A stretch of DNA of 64,000 bases from Candidatus Poribacteria bacterium (GCA_965222225.1 CBDCTK010000002.1:416001-480000), one strand, 5' to 3'; shown: positions 51,172 to 61,843, counted from the stretch's first letter. Made by a program: numbers and translations. Notes: a model not told the origin generated them from the letters alone.

Positions 51172-52266
51172 CTAATCATTCCCAGAGGCAGAAGGAAACT
51201 TCTCAAAGTAGCCATTTTCTTTCGCCCACATCTTTAGTTTCTTCCAACGCCGGACTTTTATTTTGTACACCTTAGGGCACTCACGCCTGTAAGATTTGTA
51301 ATTCTTTTTTTGCTGTTTGAACCACCCTCGATAGCCCGATGGATGACACTTGATGAGAAGTTTTTCAAAATGCTCCTCTTGAACCCGTATTTGGTCCTGT
51401 GTTATATCTGGTAGGTCATTTATCTGTTGAGCTATCCGGCTTGCGTCCAGATCAGCGTCACTAATCGTTTGCAATGTTTCTAAAATCCCTTTGTCAAGAA
51501 ATTTCCTGACGCGTTCTACGTCATTTGACCGCAATAATCCGCCGATCGGAGGATTTAACCCAAATTTGCCAAACAAATTGATGTCTTGAAGTCCAACCGG
51601 ATATTGAAGAATATGGATTGTGATGACAATTTTCACAACGCGTTCCATAAAGTCAAGCCATCTGCGGATTGACTCACCATTAAACCTGTTAAAATTTCCT
51701 CTTGAAAGTTCCGTGCTGGAGAAACTTATACCTTTTGTGTGTGAAAAATCGCATAATTCGTGGTAAAGATCCCTTATCGGCGTAAAGATGTTATGTTCTT
51801 CATCAAACGCAACAATTTGTTTATTTTTCTTCAGTTCCTCAATAACTTTGCTGTGAAACGGAGTTTGTTCGTTTGAGGATAGCCATTTTGGTATGTTGAT
51901 GTGGCTATTTCCATCTATATCCCAATAAACCGAAAGTAAGCCGAGTTCCAGCACGTTTCTCAGTGCAATAATGGCGTGTTTATAAAATCCCAATTTACAA
52001 AGCTGGATAGAACTTTCAAGTTCATATCCACATTCACTAATTGGGAAAACATGACCGGAAGTTGCTTTTTCCAATGTTTGTGGAATTAAATCGATCATAG
52101 CTCGGTATACCCACAATATTTCGTTAATCTTGTTTACTATTCCCTCATTGTCTTGCAGGTAAGCGTTCGTCAATTCTCGAATTTCAAGAATGTCGCGATC
52201 AGATTGTCCGGTATGTAAAAAGCGACTAGGTGTGACCTTCTTAGGCCAATTGAGGGGGTTCTTCAT
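51172..52266 (-). CDS. Hypothetical low-GC protein, possible HEPN-like fold
   Basis: AIIALRNVLE and LYHELCDFSH helical motifs; RBS AAGGTGA. Confidence 0.55.
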   Translation of the reverse strand: MKNPLNWPKKVTPSRFLHTGQSDRDILEIRELTNAYLQDNEGIVNKINEILWVYRAMIDLIPQTLEKATSGHVFPISECGYELESSIQLCKLGFYKHAIIALRNVLELGLLSVYWDIDGNSHINIPKWLSSNEQTPFHSKVIEELKKNKQIVAFDEEHNIFTPIRDLYHELCDFSHTKGISFSSTELSRGNFNRFNGESIRRWLDFMERVVKIVITIHILQYPVGLQDINLFGKFGLNPPIGGLLRSNDVERVRKFLDKGILETLQTISDADLDASRIAQQINDLPDITQDQIRVQEEHFEKLLIKCHPSGYRGWFKQQKKNYKSYRRECPKVYKIKVRRWKKLKMWAKENGYFEKFPSASGND

Positions 52267-52291
52267 GGTAATCACCTTCATTTCTGGCGAA

Positions 52292-52487
52292 GAGCCTAGT
52301 AGAAACGGAGAAGGCAAAGTTATTTTTGAGCAATCGCATGCTATTGTCCGTCGCCCTGCAGGGGCGTTTAGAGGCTGGTGCGCGGTGCGCACCCTACAAG
52401 ATGGCGCATGGCTTCCATCTTAGTTTGATGATTGAGATTGGTCTCAATGCGGCTTGTATCACTACAGATGACTCTTCAAACAAGCTC
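52292..52487 (+). repeat. MITE-like repeat with an uninterrupted GTAG-REP
   Basis: Right end TTCAAACAAGCTC; REP GGTGCGCGGTGCGCACCCTAC at 52377-52397. Confidence 0.6.
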
Positions 52488-52705
52488 TTAAGCCTTGAGA
52501 AATTCGCGCCAATCAATACCTAAGTTTCGGATGGCAGCACGTAGGGTTCCAATTTTCAAGTCGCGTCCGCCATGATCCGGGATAATCGCAGCCCCCCTCG
52601 GTGAGCGGGTTAGACCATTTTCGATGGGATCCGCGCATCTTCTGATTGTTTCGTGACAGCCGAGTGTTCTTAGCTTTCGTGCAACCTCTCGGTATTTGAC
52701 AGAGC
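52488..52705 (-). pseudogene. hicA: HicA toxin, inactivated
   Basis: KYREVARKL...IPDHGGRDLKIGTLRAAIRNLGI; the catalytic GSHRKW segment lies in another frame; no proper start codon. Confidence 0.8.
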
Positions 52706-53059
52706 ATGGGGTCTTGATTCTAGTCCGGACACTATCGCTTGAAACCAGAAATCGGGTAGGTCTTTGTCGAGAGAAGATTTCGATTCTAATCTGGGGGTCA
52801 TTGTTTGAAACCACGTTGTTTGAAAACACGGACGCTCAGTTTTTGTAGGCAACTCCTCGCTAGCAAGTTGAATGTCTTCGGGTAATGAACGCCCCAAATC
52901 TTCGTATAGTTCAAGTGTCGCAGTGAAGGCATCTAAGACATTGTTTAGTGCCTCGTCTACTGAATCACCTTCGGTTACGAGTTCGGGTAACTCCTCGCAT
53001 GTTACTGTATAACCGCCCTCGGGTTGCGGTGTTAGAATCACGGTTACCTTGTAATTCAC
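52670..53059 (-). CDS. hicB: HicB-family antitoxin
   Basis: EGGYTVTCEELPELVTEGDSVDEAL; RBS GGAGGT. Confidence 0.88.
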   Translation of the reverse strand: MNYKVTVILTPQPEGGYTVTCEELPELVTEGDSVDEALNNVLDAFTATLELYEDLGRSLPEDIQLASEELPTKTERPCFQTTWFQTMTPRLESKSSLDKDLPDFWFQAIVSGLESRPHALSNTERLHES

Positions 53060-53139
53060 TGCGATACCTCCGTTGTGGTGAGTAACGTCAGACTAGTTGT
53101 TTACCGGAGTCACCAGATAACACTAACAGTATAACTGTA

Positions 53140-54388
53140 GGGACTTAGTAGTTAACTGCTTTTTGGTCGATTTGCTTGCTTTTCTCTTCTTAATGTACAA
53201 TCATTTTAGACAGTGTTCGGAATCTTGATTCACACTAAAATACATCTCTATAAGAGAGAAATGGAGGCATATCATGTTGACCAAGCGTTTGTACATGCTC
53301 GCGGGAGCATTGCGGGTTATCTGCGGGATTTTAATTTCCAACACTATGGGATTTTCAGCACACCATGATGTTGTCGTTGACAGAATATACCGATAGCCAA
53401 ACAATTCATGTGGCTCAGGTGAAGCATTCATCAAAAAATCTTATGAAAATCTCATCATCTTTTCTGCGATTATATTTCCAGCAAGACTCCATGATATACA
53501 GTGGCAGCCACTTCTTGCTGTAGTGATGATGCGTTCCGTAGAATGACCTCTTGACACAAGCCCAAAACGACTCGATGGTGTTGGTGTGAGTTACGCCGTC
53601 CTCAGAAACATATCTCTCTTGGTGATGGATAACATGTCTTTCGATATCTTCGTCCAGACTATTGTAAGAGCGAAATTCATCAGTCATAAGAATAGACTCA
53701 TCGGGTGAGACATTGCTAAGGATGAATTCTCTGATATTTTCACCAGATAGAACCTTCATGAATTTAGCAACCACCCGACCGCCTCTCTCGACTACGCCGA
53801 TGACGGGAGATTTATTTGTGCCTCTACCTCTCTTAGATTTTGCTCTGGGTTTGCCGCCGACATAGGTTTCGTCCGCTTCAACTATCCCTTTCAGCAATTC
53901 ATCACTATCACTCATTTTCTCACGGAGGCGCATTGCCATATACCAAGCGGACTTTTGATTCATGTCCAAGTCACGAGCAAGCTGACAACTCGATATGCTT
54001 TTCTTGGCATTGGAAAGAATTGAGATAGCCAAAAACCATTTCTGGAGAGGTATCTTGGTACCATGGAAGATGGTTCCTGCTGTAGCCGAAAAGCTAGATT
54101 CACAATCGTAGCAATTCCAACCAGTAGTAATGTCGTTTTTGTTCTTGCGTCCAACTTTTTCACTGCCACAGTGGATACAGCAAACACCGTCCTTCCAACG
54201 TTTTTCCTCTATAAATCTGAGACAAGATTCTTGATTTGGAAACTCTTTCATAAGATTCAAAATGTCCATAGCAAACTCCTACGAGAAGAATAGTCACTAT
54301 GGACATCTACGTGTGACGAAAAGATTTACGACAGGGTACCAAGTTTTATGTTTGTCGTCAGTCTAAAAGCTACAAGCTACTAATTCCG
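53140..54388 (-). mobile_element. IS1595-family element (1249 bp) with 8-bp TSD
   Basis: Imperfect TIRs (G/C)GGA(C/A)TTAGTAG...GCTTTT; TAACTGTA duplicated at 53132-53139 and 54389-54396. Confidence 0.9.
53415..54269 (-). CDS. IS1595-family transposase
   Basis: CIHC...CYDC, VEADETYVGG, MTDE, HTNTIESFW. Confidence 0.96.
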   Translation of the reverse strand: MDILNLMKEFPNQESCLRFIEEKRWKDGVCCIHCGSEKVGRKNKNDITTGWNCYDCESSFSATAGTIFHGTKIPLQKWFLAISILSNAKKSISSCQLARDLDMNQKSAWYMAMRLREKMSDSDELLKGIVEADETYVGGKPRAKSKRGRGTNKSPVIGVVERGGRVVAKFMKVLSGENIREFILSNVSPDESILMTDEFRSYNSLDEDIERHVIHHQERYVSEDGVTHTNTIESFWACVKRSFYGTHHHYSKKWLPLYIMESCWKYNRRKDDEIFIRFFDECFT

Positions 54389-54880
54389 TAACTGTATCTT
54401 GCAATAAAACGCAACGCGAACCAAAGGTGTTTCTCAGCCGATTGTTCCTTATGCAGGCTAACATGTTTTTACTCTTTATACCTTTGCTCGAAGTTCAGAG
54501 TTCATGCTCCTCATGCAGACAAACATGCCCGAAATCCATTGTTAATTTCGGTAGGAGGGTTACCCTATACCACACCTGGCGGCAAACGCCCCATTCACGG
54601 CGCGGGTTTTGGCGATCATTTCCCCAGAACAGGGTATTTGCACGGAATTTTGTCGTGTTTCCGCGGATTGCTAACATTGTGAATGAGAATAACGGTGAAC
54701 AAGTGCAGTCGGGGCACGAAATTTGGGCATTCGCGACTCCACGAAATGGCAGAATTTGAGAGGAACTGAGGTAGGATTTGGTCCGTGGCGATATGACATA
54801 GAACAAATCCAGTCGTAGCTTGCGATGAGAGGGGTCGTAGGTCGAATAAAGCCTTATTATTATTGCCAGCCAAAAGAGCA

Positions 54881-55739
54881 TTACTTCAACTGCTCGGCGA
54901 TTGGATCTATGTCCTCATCTGGTATCAAAGATAGTTTCATGAGATTGAAAAGATCTATGCCTAACCCATTGAGAACCATGCTCTTCGGGTTTAGATGGGT
55001 AGGAACGAACGCCTTAGTATCTCCAACGTCCAATTTTCCCTTGTGATAAATATATCCGCCGTGGAAGAGACTATGACATTCATGAAGTATTTGATACAGG
55101 GATTTATCTTGGATCCTCGGTTCCCTGTAATGTTGACCTCGAAGTTGGTATTTATCCTTCACATCGCAGAGCTTCAGGATGCATAGTTGTCGGTAGGTCA
55201 GTTGTTCGGCGACCTTAATGAGTTGATGTGCGTAGGGTAGGCTAATCTCCGAATCGAAGGGAATGCTTGAATACAAGAGTCCTAAGTGACGGATTTTCTT
55301 TTCTTCGGGTTCTCTCTGAGCTTTTAACAACACGCTCTCCAAAACTTCACCGGCGTCGGATCTACCACCTTGATTTTTGTCGAAGAAGCCATCGTCACGG
55401 AGTAATTCCCCGTTTTTCTGTCGCCGCTTAATTTCCGCAGTCGCAATGATTAGCGCGGCACCTACACGGATTTCTTCTCGGGGCCCCCAACTGGCGCGAT
55501 GAAATGTCCGTGCCAACATCTCGTAACACTATCTCAATACCCTTACTAGCAAGCCCTCCAATTGCTTTTGCCTCTGGTCCTTCTCCGAGGAGCAATGCGA
55601 CTGCTCCGCTCGTAACGGCGGCAGCGCTAGCGGCTAGAATCTCTGTACCGCGATCAATCAATCTTATGAGACCGTCTCTCGATTCTTTACCTTCTACAGT
55701 TTTTTTGGACACGATTAAACGTCTATCCCTAGTTGTCAT
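54881..55739 (-). pseudogene. Hypothetical protein split by a frameshift in a G/C run near 55485
   Basis: ORF 55428-55739 (...ISSRQLG) continues as PREEIRVG...RDDGFF...EEKK in ORF 54881-55519. Confidence 0.7.
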
Positions 55740-55900
55740 TCTTCGGCTTCATCAGATTTCAGGACGAAGATAGATGCTATAGCCAATCCGATGGTGACTA
55801 GGTTGACCACAGACCAGATTTCGCGGGTTGCGTGGACACGCAGAATGGGGTTGTAGATGGCGGCTGTGACGCCAAGCACCCAAACCCAGCCGTTTTTTAT
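55736..55900 (-). pseudogene. DUF6804-like membrane protein, C-terminal fragment
   Basis: WVWVLGVTAAIYNPILRVHATREIWSVVNL motif. Confidence 0.5.
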
Positions 55901-56344
55901 AACCCCCATGCGTGAATGGCGAGATAGGCGAACGCGGCACAGCAAATCCAGCGCCTATGAGAAATCCCCACCACTCCGAATTAAAGGCTTCTTTCCCTAG
56001 GCCGAGCGTCACCAATTCAATGGCGGCTCCCGCCTGCGGCAATTGTCATTCGAGCCTGCAATGAAAGCGAAGCTTGTCTTAACTTCGCTTATTTGTGGTC
56101 TAAATTTCCGTTGGCACTTCATTTCTCGTCCACATTATACTATACATATGTATAGTTATTAGCCAAAAAGACACTGATTTGTGATTGAAATCCCCCCAAC
56201 TTTTAGACAAGCATGTAGGAGATTCAAGGAAAAGAACCCTACCAATTCGGTCGGGTTTAAATGCTTGATGATAAATCCAGCGCCGAATGTGTAAGTCACC
56301 CCGACAACGCCGAGCGAGAAAACCGACTCGTAGTTGCTGCCGCA

Positions 56345-57277
56345 TTACTCCGCTTTGCCTTGGTCCACGCCCGCATCGGCAGGCAGCGCCTTAACTCCAT
56401 TACCATTGCTTTCGCCCTGTGGCGCTTTCAAGGCAAGTGCTAGGCACTCCAAAACTCCAACCAGTTCCTTTGCCTCGCCGCCAAGCTCTAACTGCTCGGG
56501 TGCGTTCAACGCAAGCGTCAACCGCTCCAGCACGCCGACAAGCTGAGGCCCCGATAGACTCACAGGCATCGGTTGTTCAACCGCTGATAGCTTTCGCAGA
56601 CTCTCCAGCGTTTTGGTCAGCGCATTTGTCAGCATTTGAAATTCTTTAGGGGAATGCTCTTCCTTGTCCAAAGCACGGCTTATCCGCTCCGCATTCTTGG
56701 CTAAAAGCGCAACCTGCTCCACCTGGGAGGTGAACGGAATGTCACGGACCTGCCGCCTATACTCTTCCCGCGCTTCACGCCACACCGCACCGTACTTCGC
56801 TTCGGGCCATCGCGCCGAACCAGGCTTCAGATACGACAACCGATGGATCAAAATAGTTCGCACGTCTGCCACACCCACCGCGTCCTCTCGCGCCAGCCGA
56901 TTCATCGTACGGTCTTCCAATATTAACTCCCGAACCGCGTCGGCGGTAGATAACCCCCGCGCATGAGCGCGCACGACTAATCCCCGGTGCGCATCGGAGA
57001 TAAAGGACGATACGTATGCAGCCAATTCTTGGCGGATTATCTTCCTAATCTCATCTGCTAGGTGCTTCCCCATCAGGTGAAAGTTGGAGTCTACGGTTTC
57101 AGCCGCTGCCTCGACCGCATATCGCTGTACGCGCTCAATAACTGCCTCAACGCGTTCCTCCCCCTCCAACGTATCAAACAGTTTCTTTATGTCCAATTTT
57201 AGCTCCGGGCGCCCCTCGCCTATCATTCTGCCTTGGAGTGCGTTTTGAAGTGAAGTATTGGGTTTCTTTGTCGCCAT
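56345..57277 (-). CDS. Hypothetical alpha-helical protein
   Basis: 310-aa ORF with RBS GGAGG. Confidence 0.7.
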   Translation of the reverse strand: MATKKPNTSLQNALQGRMIGEGRPELKLDIKKLFDTLEGEERVEAVIERVQRYAVEAAAETVDSNFHLMGKHLADEIRKIIRQELAAYVSSFISDAHRGLVVRAHARGLSTADAVRELILEDRTMNRLAREDAVGVADVRTILIHRLSYLKPGSARWPEAKYGAVWREAREEYRRQVRDIPFTSQVEQVALLAKNAERISRALDKEEHSPKEFQMLTNALTKTLESLRKLSAVEQPMPVSLSGPQLVGVLERLTLALNAPEQLELGGEAKELVGVLECLALALKAPQGESNGNGVKALPADAGVDQGKAE

Positions 57278-57551
57278 CGTTATCCTCCGTATTGTGCCAG
57301 AATAGCCTTGGCCATTGCCTCCGTTTCAGAGTATTATTCCGAGTACCCACCTCGTACAAACCGCCGAGAAATCAGTCCTGCCAAGGGTTTACGCCGTTTC
57401 CTGGCTTGCATCATCTCTCCCGTTTTCTCTGAAAACTCTGAAAATACATGATTACAATTGCTTCTGATAGCATGTTATCATTGCCACCGCGGTTTGGCAA
57501 CTTTTTCTCGGGTGCAATCCACGGCAATCGCGTCCGAATCTCGCGCTTTAT

Positions 57552-57668
57552 GAAGCGTAGGTCAAGGACGGTCTTCCGTTCCACCGCGATCATTTGAGCA
57601 TCCTAGCGAAGATTGCTGAAAGACTTGGCGTTGAGACCTTTTGGAATGTGGATGAAACTGATAAATAG
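57552..57668 (+). repeat. Right island boundary, direct repeat of 34692-34808
   Basis: Encodes EA*VKDGLPFHRDHLSILAKIAERLGVETFWNVDETDK*. Confidence 0.75.
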
Positions 57669-57732
57669 TGGGAAAAGAGGCGCGGCAGCGCCTACTCTAT
57701 TCTCGTTTTCTGCCACTTAGAGGGAGCATGAT

Positions 57733-58863
57733 TTGAGCGCGATCGGTATAGCGGCAGCGCGCAAGAAATGCGCACGGAAGGTTCGGATATCCGGATTGCT
57801 GGCAAGTTTTATCGTTCTGTTCCTGATCAATTGTTCACGCGGCATCGGAGACGAAAATTTTATCCTGAACAACGGAATCGTTCAGGTATCGGTAGCTTCG
57901 AGCGGCGGCGGAATCACAGATTTTAGGTTTCTCGACCACGCAGTAAACCCTCTAAACTGGGAAATTGAGCGCGACCCCGCATCCACCGAAAAACCGTATT
58001 TGCGCGGGCATTTCCTCTGTTTGGATCGGTGGGGCGCTCCTTCGAACGCCGAGGCCGAAAACGGGATGACCTTCCACGGCGAGGCAGCTTATGCTTCATG
58101 GCGCCTCGTGGATCGAGGAGAATCAGCCGAAAGCCGTCAAGAGGCAGAGATGATTTGCGAGCTGCCGATTGCTCAAATGACGGTGCGGCGGGTGATGTGG
58201 CTTGAAGATAATCAAGCCGTGTTGGTCGTTCGTGAACACATCACGAATACGGGAACACTTGGGCGCATTTACAACATCGTTCAACATCCCTCAATTGCTC
58301 CTCCCTTCTTGGATTCCGCCACTATCGTTGACAGCAACGCACAATACGGCTTTGTCCAAGGAAGCGTGATGCCCGAATCGGTCGCTGCAGCAGACCTATG
58401 GCCAAACGTCATGATTGAAGGCGAACTAGTAGACTTGCGTCGATTTCAAAATGATGAAACTGGGACACGGTACAGTGATGTCAGCACTTTCATATTCGAC
58501 GATGCGCAAGAATACGGATGGGTTACCGCGTCTAGTCCTAACACCGGCCTTCTTCTCGGTTATCTGTGGCGAGTCGAAGCGTATCCGTGGCTTGCTATTT
58601 GGCGGGCGAGATCGAACGGACGGGTAGCGGCGAGGGGATTAGAATTCGGGACGACAGGTCTTCATCAACCGTATGCGGAGTTGGTGCGAGTAGGGCGGAT
58701 CTTGGGGAGGTCTATATACGAATACATTGACGCGAACGAAACTGTCGAGAAATCGTACATCGCTTTTCTTGTAAAGATACCGCACGAATTTCAAGGGATT
58801 GCGGAGATTAACTATAATGACGGTAGGTTGGAGCTAATCGAGCGTCGGTCTTATAATCGCTAG
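57733..58863 (+). CDS. Hypothetical protein, galactose mutarotase-like beta-sandwich
   Basis: GHFLCLDRWG...HGEA, QHP, RGLEFGTT motifs. Confidence 0.6.
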   Translation: MSAIGIAAARKKCARKVRISGLLASFIVLFLINCSRGIGDENFILNNGIVQVSVASSGGGITDFRFLDHAVNPLNWEIERDPASTEKPYLRGHFLCLDRWGAPSNAEAENGMTFHGEAAYASWRLVDRGESAESRQEAEMICELPIAQMTVRRVMWLEDNQAVLVVREHITNTGTLGRIYNIVQHPSIAPPFLDSATIVDSNAQYGFVQGSVMPESVAAADLWPNVMIEGELVDLRRFQNDETGTRYSDVSTFIFDDAQEYGWVTASSPNTGLLLGYLWRVEAYPWLAIWRARSNGRVAARGLEFGTTGLHQPYAELVRVGRILGRSIYEYIDANETVEKSYIAFLVKIPHEFQGIAEINYNDGRLELIERRSYNR

Positions 58864-59013
58864 GTATACTCTATGGCGATAAGCGCCCAATTTTGATACA
58901 TCGCAATCCGGCTTTATTGTATCCTAGGTTCAGGGTAGTGAAGTTCACCGTGCGTCTCATGACTTATCAAGTTTCCGAGGAGGAGCAGAGAACTGATTTA
59001 CGCTGTCCCACCA

Positions 59014-59760
59014 CTAGCATTGCACGCCGTTAGCATTTGCTGCTGTTTGATAGCTTTCAATCACTCTTCCTGCCCCACGCAGTTTCTGAAAAAGCCTTTC
59101 ACTGATTTTTCCGCGGGGCAGGGGCAGTTGATCGATACCTATTCCATCTCGCCCATGGTCTTTGCCAGAACTATGGATGTAATTCCCCTCACCGATATAA
59201 AGCCCAACGTGCGTAGCTCGTTTTTCTGAGCCGAAAAATATTAGGTCTCCGGGTTCAAGCCCGTGGATATCAACAGGATGAACAAAGGCCTCTTGCTGAT
59301 AAGCGTCGCGAGGAACCCATATCCCTACCGAGTCAAACGCGGCTTGTACCAGTCCGGAACAGTCGTAATTTGGCCCAACCGTCCCGCCCCACTGGTAACG
59401 ATTGGGTTGTGCCATCGCGTCATTTGCAAACGAGATTACGTCTGGTAGCCGTGCGCTGATTTCTGCAGGGCTCAAATCTTGTGCCCGATATGGCTTATCC
59501 GCCAGTTTCAGTTGATTGGGGTCTTCAACCTTCAACCACCCCGGGTAGTCATCCTCACATAAACGCACTTCGACTGCTTGATGAGCATCGGCATTAACCA
59601 TACCCAATAAGATGCGGAGATGGCGATCAGCTCTTGCTTGAGTTGCCAATCGCGTACATTCAGGCGAATCATACAGGTTCAAATGAGTTAGAACTTGATA
59701 TTCCTCCGCGATAGGTTTAACGGCATCCTGATTATTCCCTGAGTTTCCTTGGTGACTCAT
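59014..59760 (-). CDS. NlpC/P60 (C40) peptidase with an N-terminal SH3-like domain
   Basis: YQWGG...DCSGLVQ, PRDAYQQ, GDLIFF, HVGLY, YIHSSG. Confidence 0.92.
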   Translation of the reverse strand: MSHQGNSGNNQDAVKPIAEEYQVLTHLNLYDSPECTRLATQARADRHLRILLGMVNADAHQAVEVRLCEDDYPGWLKVEDPNQLKLADKPYRAQDLSPAEISARLPDVISFANDAMAQPNRYQWGGTVGPNYDCSGLVQAAFDSVGIWVPRDAYQQEAFVHPVDIHGLEPGDLIFFGSEKRATHVGLYIGEGNYIHSSGKDHGRDGIGIDQLPLPRGKISERLFQKLRGAGRVIESYQTAANANGVQC

Positions 59761-59781
59761 GGTTTTTGCCTAACTTCTGAA

Positions 59782-60585
59782 TTAATCGAGATTCGCCTCA
59801 TAGGCCTCAACTTCTCGGAAACGGGTTTTACCTCGAACTAACTTGCCCAACCGAGGTTTGCGGTTATTGTAGACTTCGACCGCATCGGCATCGGCGTAGC
59901 GCAAGAAAAGAAGCCGCCGGTCACGGTCTGATGTGTTCCCTAGCGATTTGTGGGGCATCCATCCGTGAAAGATTAGACTTTCACCTACTTTCATCGGTAT
60001 CGGGATAGCACTGGTTTCATCCACTTCAATGGAGACTTCTACCATCGCGTCCTTGGATTCGACAGTGAGTTGGTCGCTAACATCAATTTGCCCAAGGCGA
60101 TGTCCGCCGGGAATAATCCATAGACAACCGCTTTCCAAATCAGTGTCATTCAGTGCAGTGATACAGGTAATCGCCGTATAAGGATCGAGCTCGCCATAAC
60201 CGTTATCCTGATGCCATGGTGCCAGTTTGGTGTTGCCACGCAACTTAAAACTGAGTTGTGAGGTGACTCCCTTGAGATTCGGTCCCACCAGTTGCTCTGC
60301 CGCGTCAACGAATGGACCGTGGAAGTAGTAGCGTCGGATTAAGTTTGAACGTCGATGTATGTTTGTAAGTAATGAATTCTTCAACCATGTTTGGCTTTGG
60401 TCGAATTTTCGATTTTCCTCGTTCCACGCCTCCATTGCCTCTTCACGCATCTGTGCCAGTCCATGGTGGGTCAATAGACTGCCATAATAGATATATCCCT
60501 GATCCCGGAATGATTGTATTTGTTCATCGCTCAGACGACGAAAGATGAACAGTTTCTGGTCAGATTCTGCCCCGTATTCTGTCAT
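59782..60585 (-). CDS. PhyH family dioxygenase
   Basis: PWHQDNGY, GCLWIIPGGH, HKSLGNTSDRDRR. Confidence 0.9.
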   Translation of the reverse strand: MTEYGAESDQKLFIFRRLSDEQIQSFRDQGYIYYGSLLTHHGLAQMREEAMEAWNEENRKFDQSQTWLKNSLLTNIHRRSNLIRRYYFHGPFVDAAEQLVGPNLKGVTSQLSFKLRGNTKLAPWHQDNGYGELDPYTAITCITALNDTDLESGCLWIIPGGHRLGQIDVSDQLTVESKDAMVEVSIEVDETSAIPIPMKVGESLIFHGWMPHKSLGNTSDRDRRLLFLRYADADAVEVYNNRKPRLGKLVRGKTRFREVEAYEANLD

Positions 60586-60646
60586 GCTCGTTGATGATCC
60601 TCCTTGCGTCCATTATCAAGGCTATTGTGCTCACATTCCGTCAAAT

Positions 60647-61843
60647 TCAACTCAGTTTTGCCAGAATTTCTTCATACACGCGGAAATGTTCCCCTTCTTC
60701 GTCTGCTGGTCCCACGTGCTTTAACCAAGGCGCTTGATTGGGCTTGTCACGGTGCAATTCTCTCCAACTACCTAACGTCTGGGTATCCACCCCGTGCCAC
60801 GTTACCTCTCTGTCTTGGAGGAGGACGTATTGACCCGCGTATTCATTCATTATTTCATCTTGATGGGCACGGTAGAACAGCGCCTGTTCACAAGTGGTCT
60901 TACGCCACGCCGCTATCTCTTGTGCCGAGTCGAATTCGCATGAGTCGAATTCAGCGAGTGGTGGCTCCAAATCGGTTTGGAAATCAATCTCGTCCAGATT
61001 TACGGTTCCTAATCCACTTTCCGCGGCGATTGCCAGTGCATTTCGATCTCGCTTGAATGGGGGCGTGGGCCAATCCGAGGCTGGATCGTGGCCCATCAGC
61101 CAAGTGCCGCAGGCGTCCGTGGAGATTGGGTGATCGCCTGCAATCAGGGCGTTGCAAATACGCCCCTCCCCATCCCATTCGCGCTGAGATTGTCCCACCA
61201 GTGCGTCAACGACATTTAGGCAGGGTTGCATAATCATGCCCAAATCCACTAGAAAATAGGGAAGCCTAATTAGGTGGTGGAAGTAGTTTCTAGGTCTGTT
61301 ATGCGGCGGCAGCGGAAGCACGCCAAACAGGTTCTTCAAGCATAAGGTAATACCCATGAAAGCATGGTTTTTCATTTTTGATACCGATACCACGGCATCC
61401 GCGTCATCAAAACACGCGTGAAGTTTGTACCTCGAAAACATCAAACCTCCGCCGGGCACCTCATAGGTCTTGAACGGGGGCATCGTCGAGTCTATATATT
61501 CCACCCCAAATTCTTGGAGTAGAGGAATATAGTTGATGGTCTCAAGCCCGCCCTTAAAATGGGTGTCGGTTGCTACGATCTGAGCGTTGCTGTGCTCTTT
61601 GAGGAAGATAAGGACAGCGCGCATAACTGAATCATCCACCAATTCACGGCGGCGCCCGGCAAATCGCTCAATGGGTGCCCGCATCATATTGGTTTTTATC
61701 ACGATTTTGCGTGCTTTCCGTATTTTTTCGATCGAGCGTTTCAGGGGTTCAGCGATTCTACAGAGATGATGGTATATCTCATCATCGGAAGCGCGATGAT
61801 GGCAGTGGATGGCGCGAACTGAGTAGTTAGTGGAAGGTGCCAT
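60647..61843 (-). CDS. DUF362 domain protein
   Basis: IVIKTN, KMKNH...TLCLKNLFG, VVDALVG, AGDHPISTD. Confidence 0.85.
   Translation of the reverse strand: MAPSTNYSVRAIHCHHRASDDEIYHHLCRIAEPLKRSIEKIRKARKIVIKTNMMRAPIERFAGRRRELVDDSVMRAVLIFLKEHSNAQIVATDTHFKGGLETINYIPLLQEFGVEYIDSTMPPFKTYEVPGGGLMFSRYKLHACFDDADAVVSVSKMKNHAFMGITLCLKNLFGVLPLPPHNRPRNYFHHLIRLPYFLVDLGMIMQPCLNVVDALVGQSQREWDGEGRICNALIAGDHPISTDACGTWLMGHDPASDWPTPPFKRDRNALAIAAESGLGTVNLDEIDFQTDLEPPLAEFDSCEFDSAQEIAAWRKTTCEQALFYRAHQDEIMNEYAGQYVLLQDREVTWHGVDTQTLGSWRELHRDKPNQAPWLKHVGPADEEGEHFRVYEEILAKLS

Noticed and set aside
43921-52487. Composite transposon bounded by GAGC(C/T)TGTTTGAA inverted ends
   Set aside because: Better explained as two separate same-orientation copies of one MITE family; no cognate transposase inside.
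54427-54881. Overlapping 85-128-aa ORFs next to the second IS1595
   Set aside because: No motif or RBS support in any frame.
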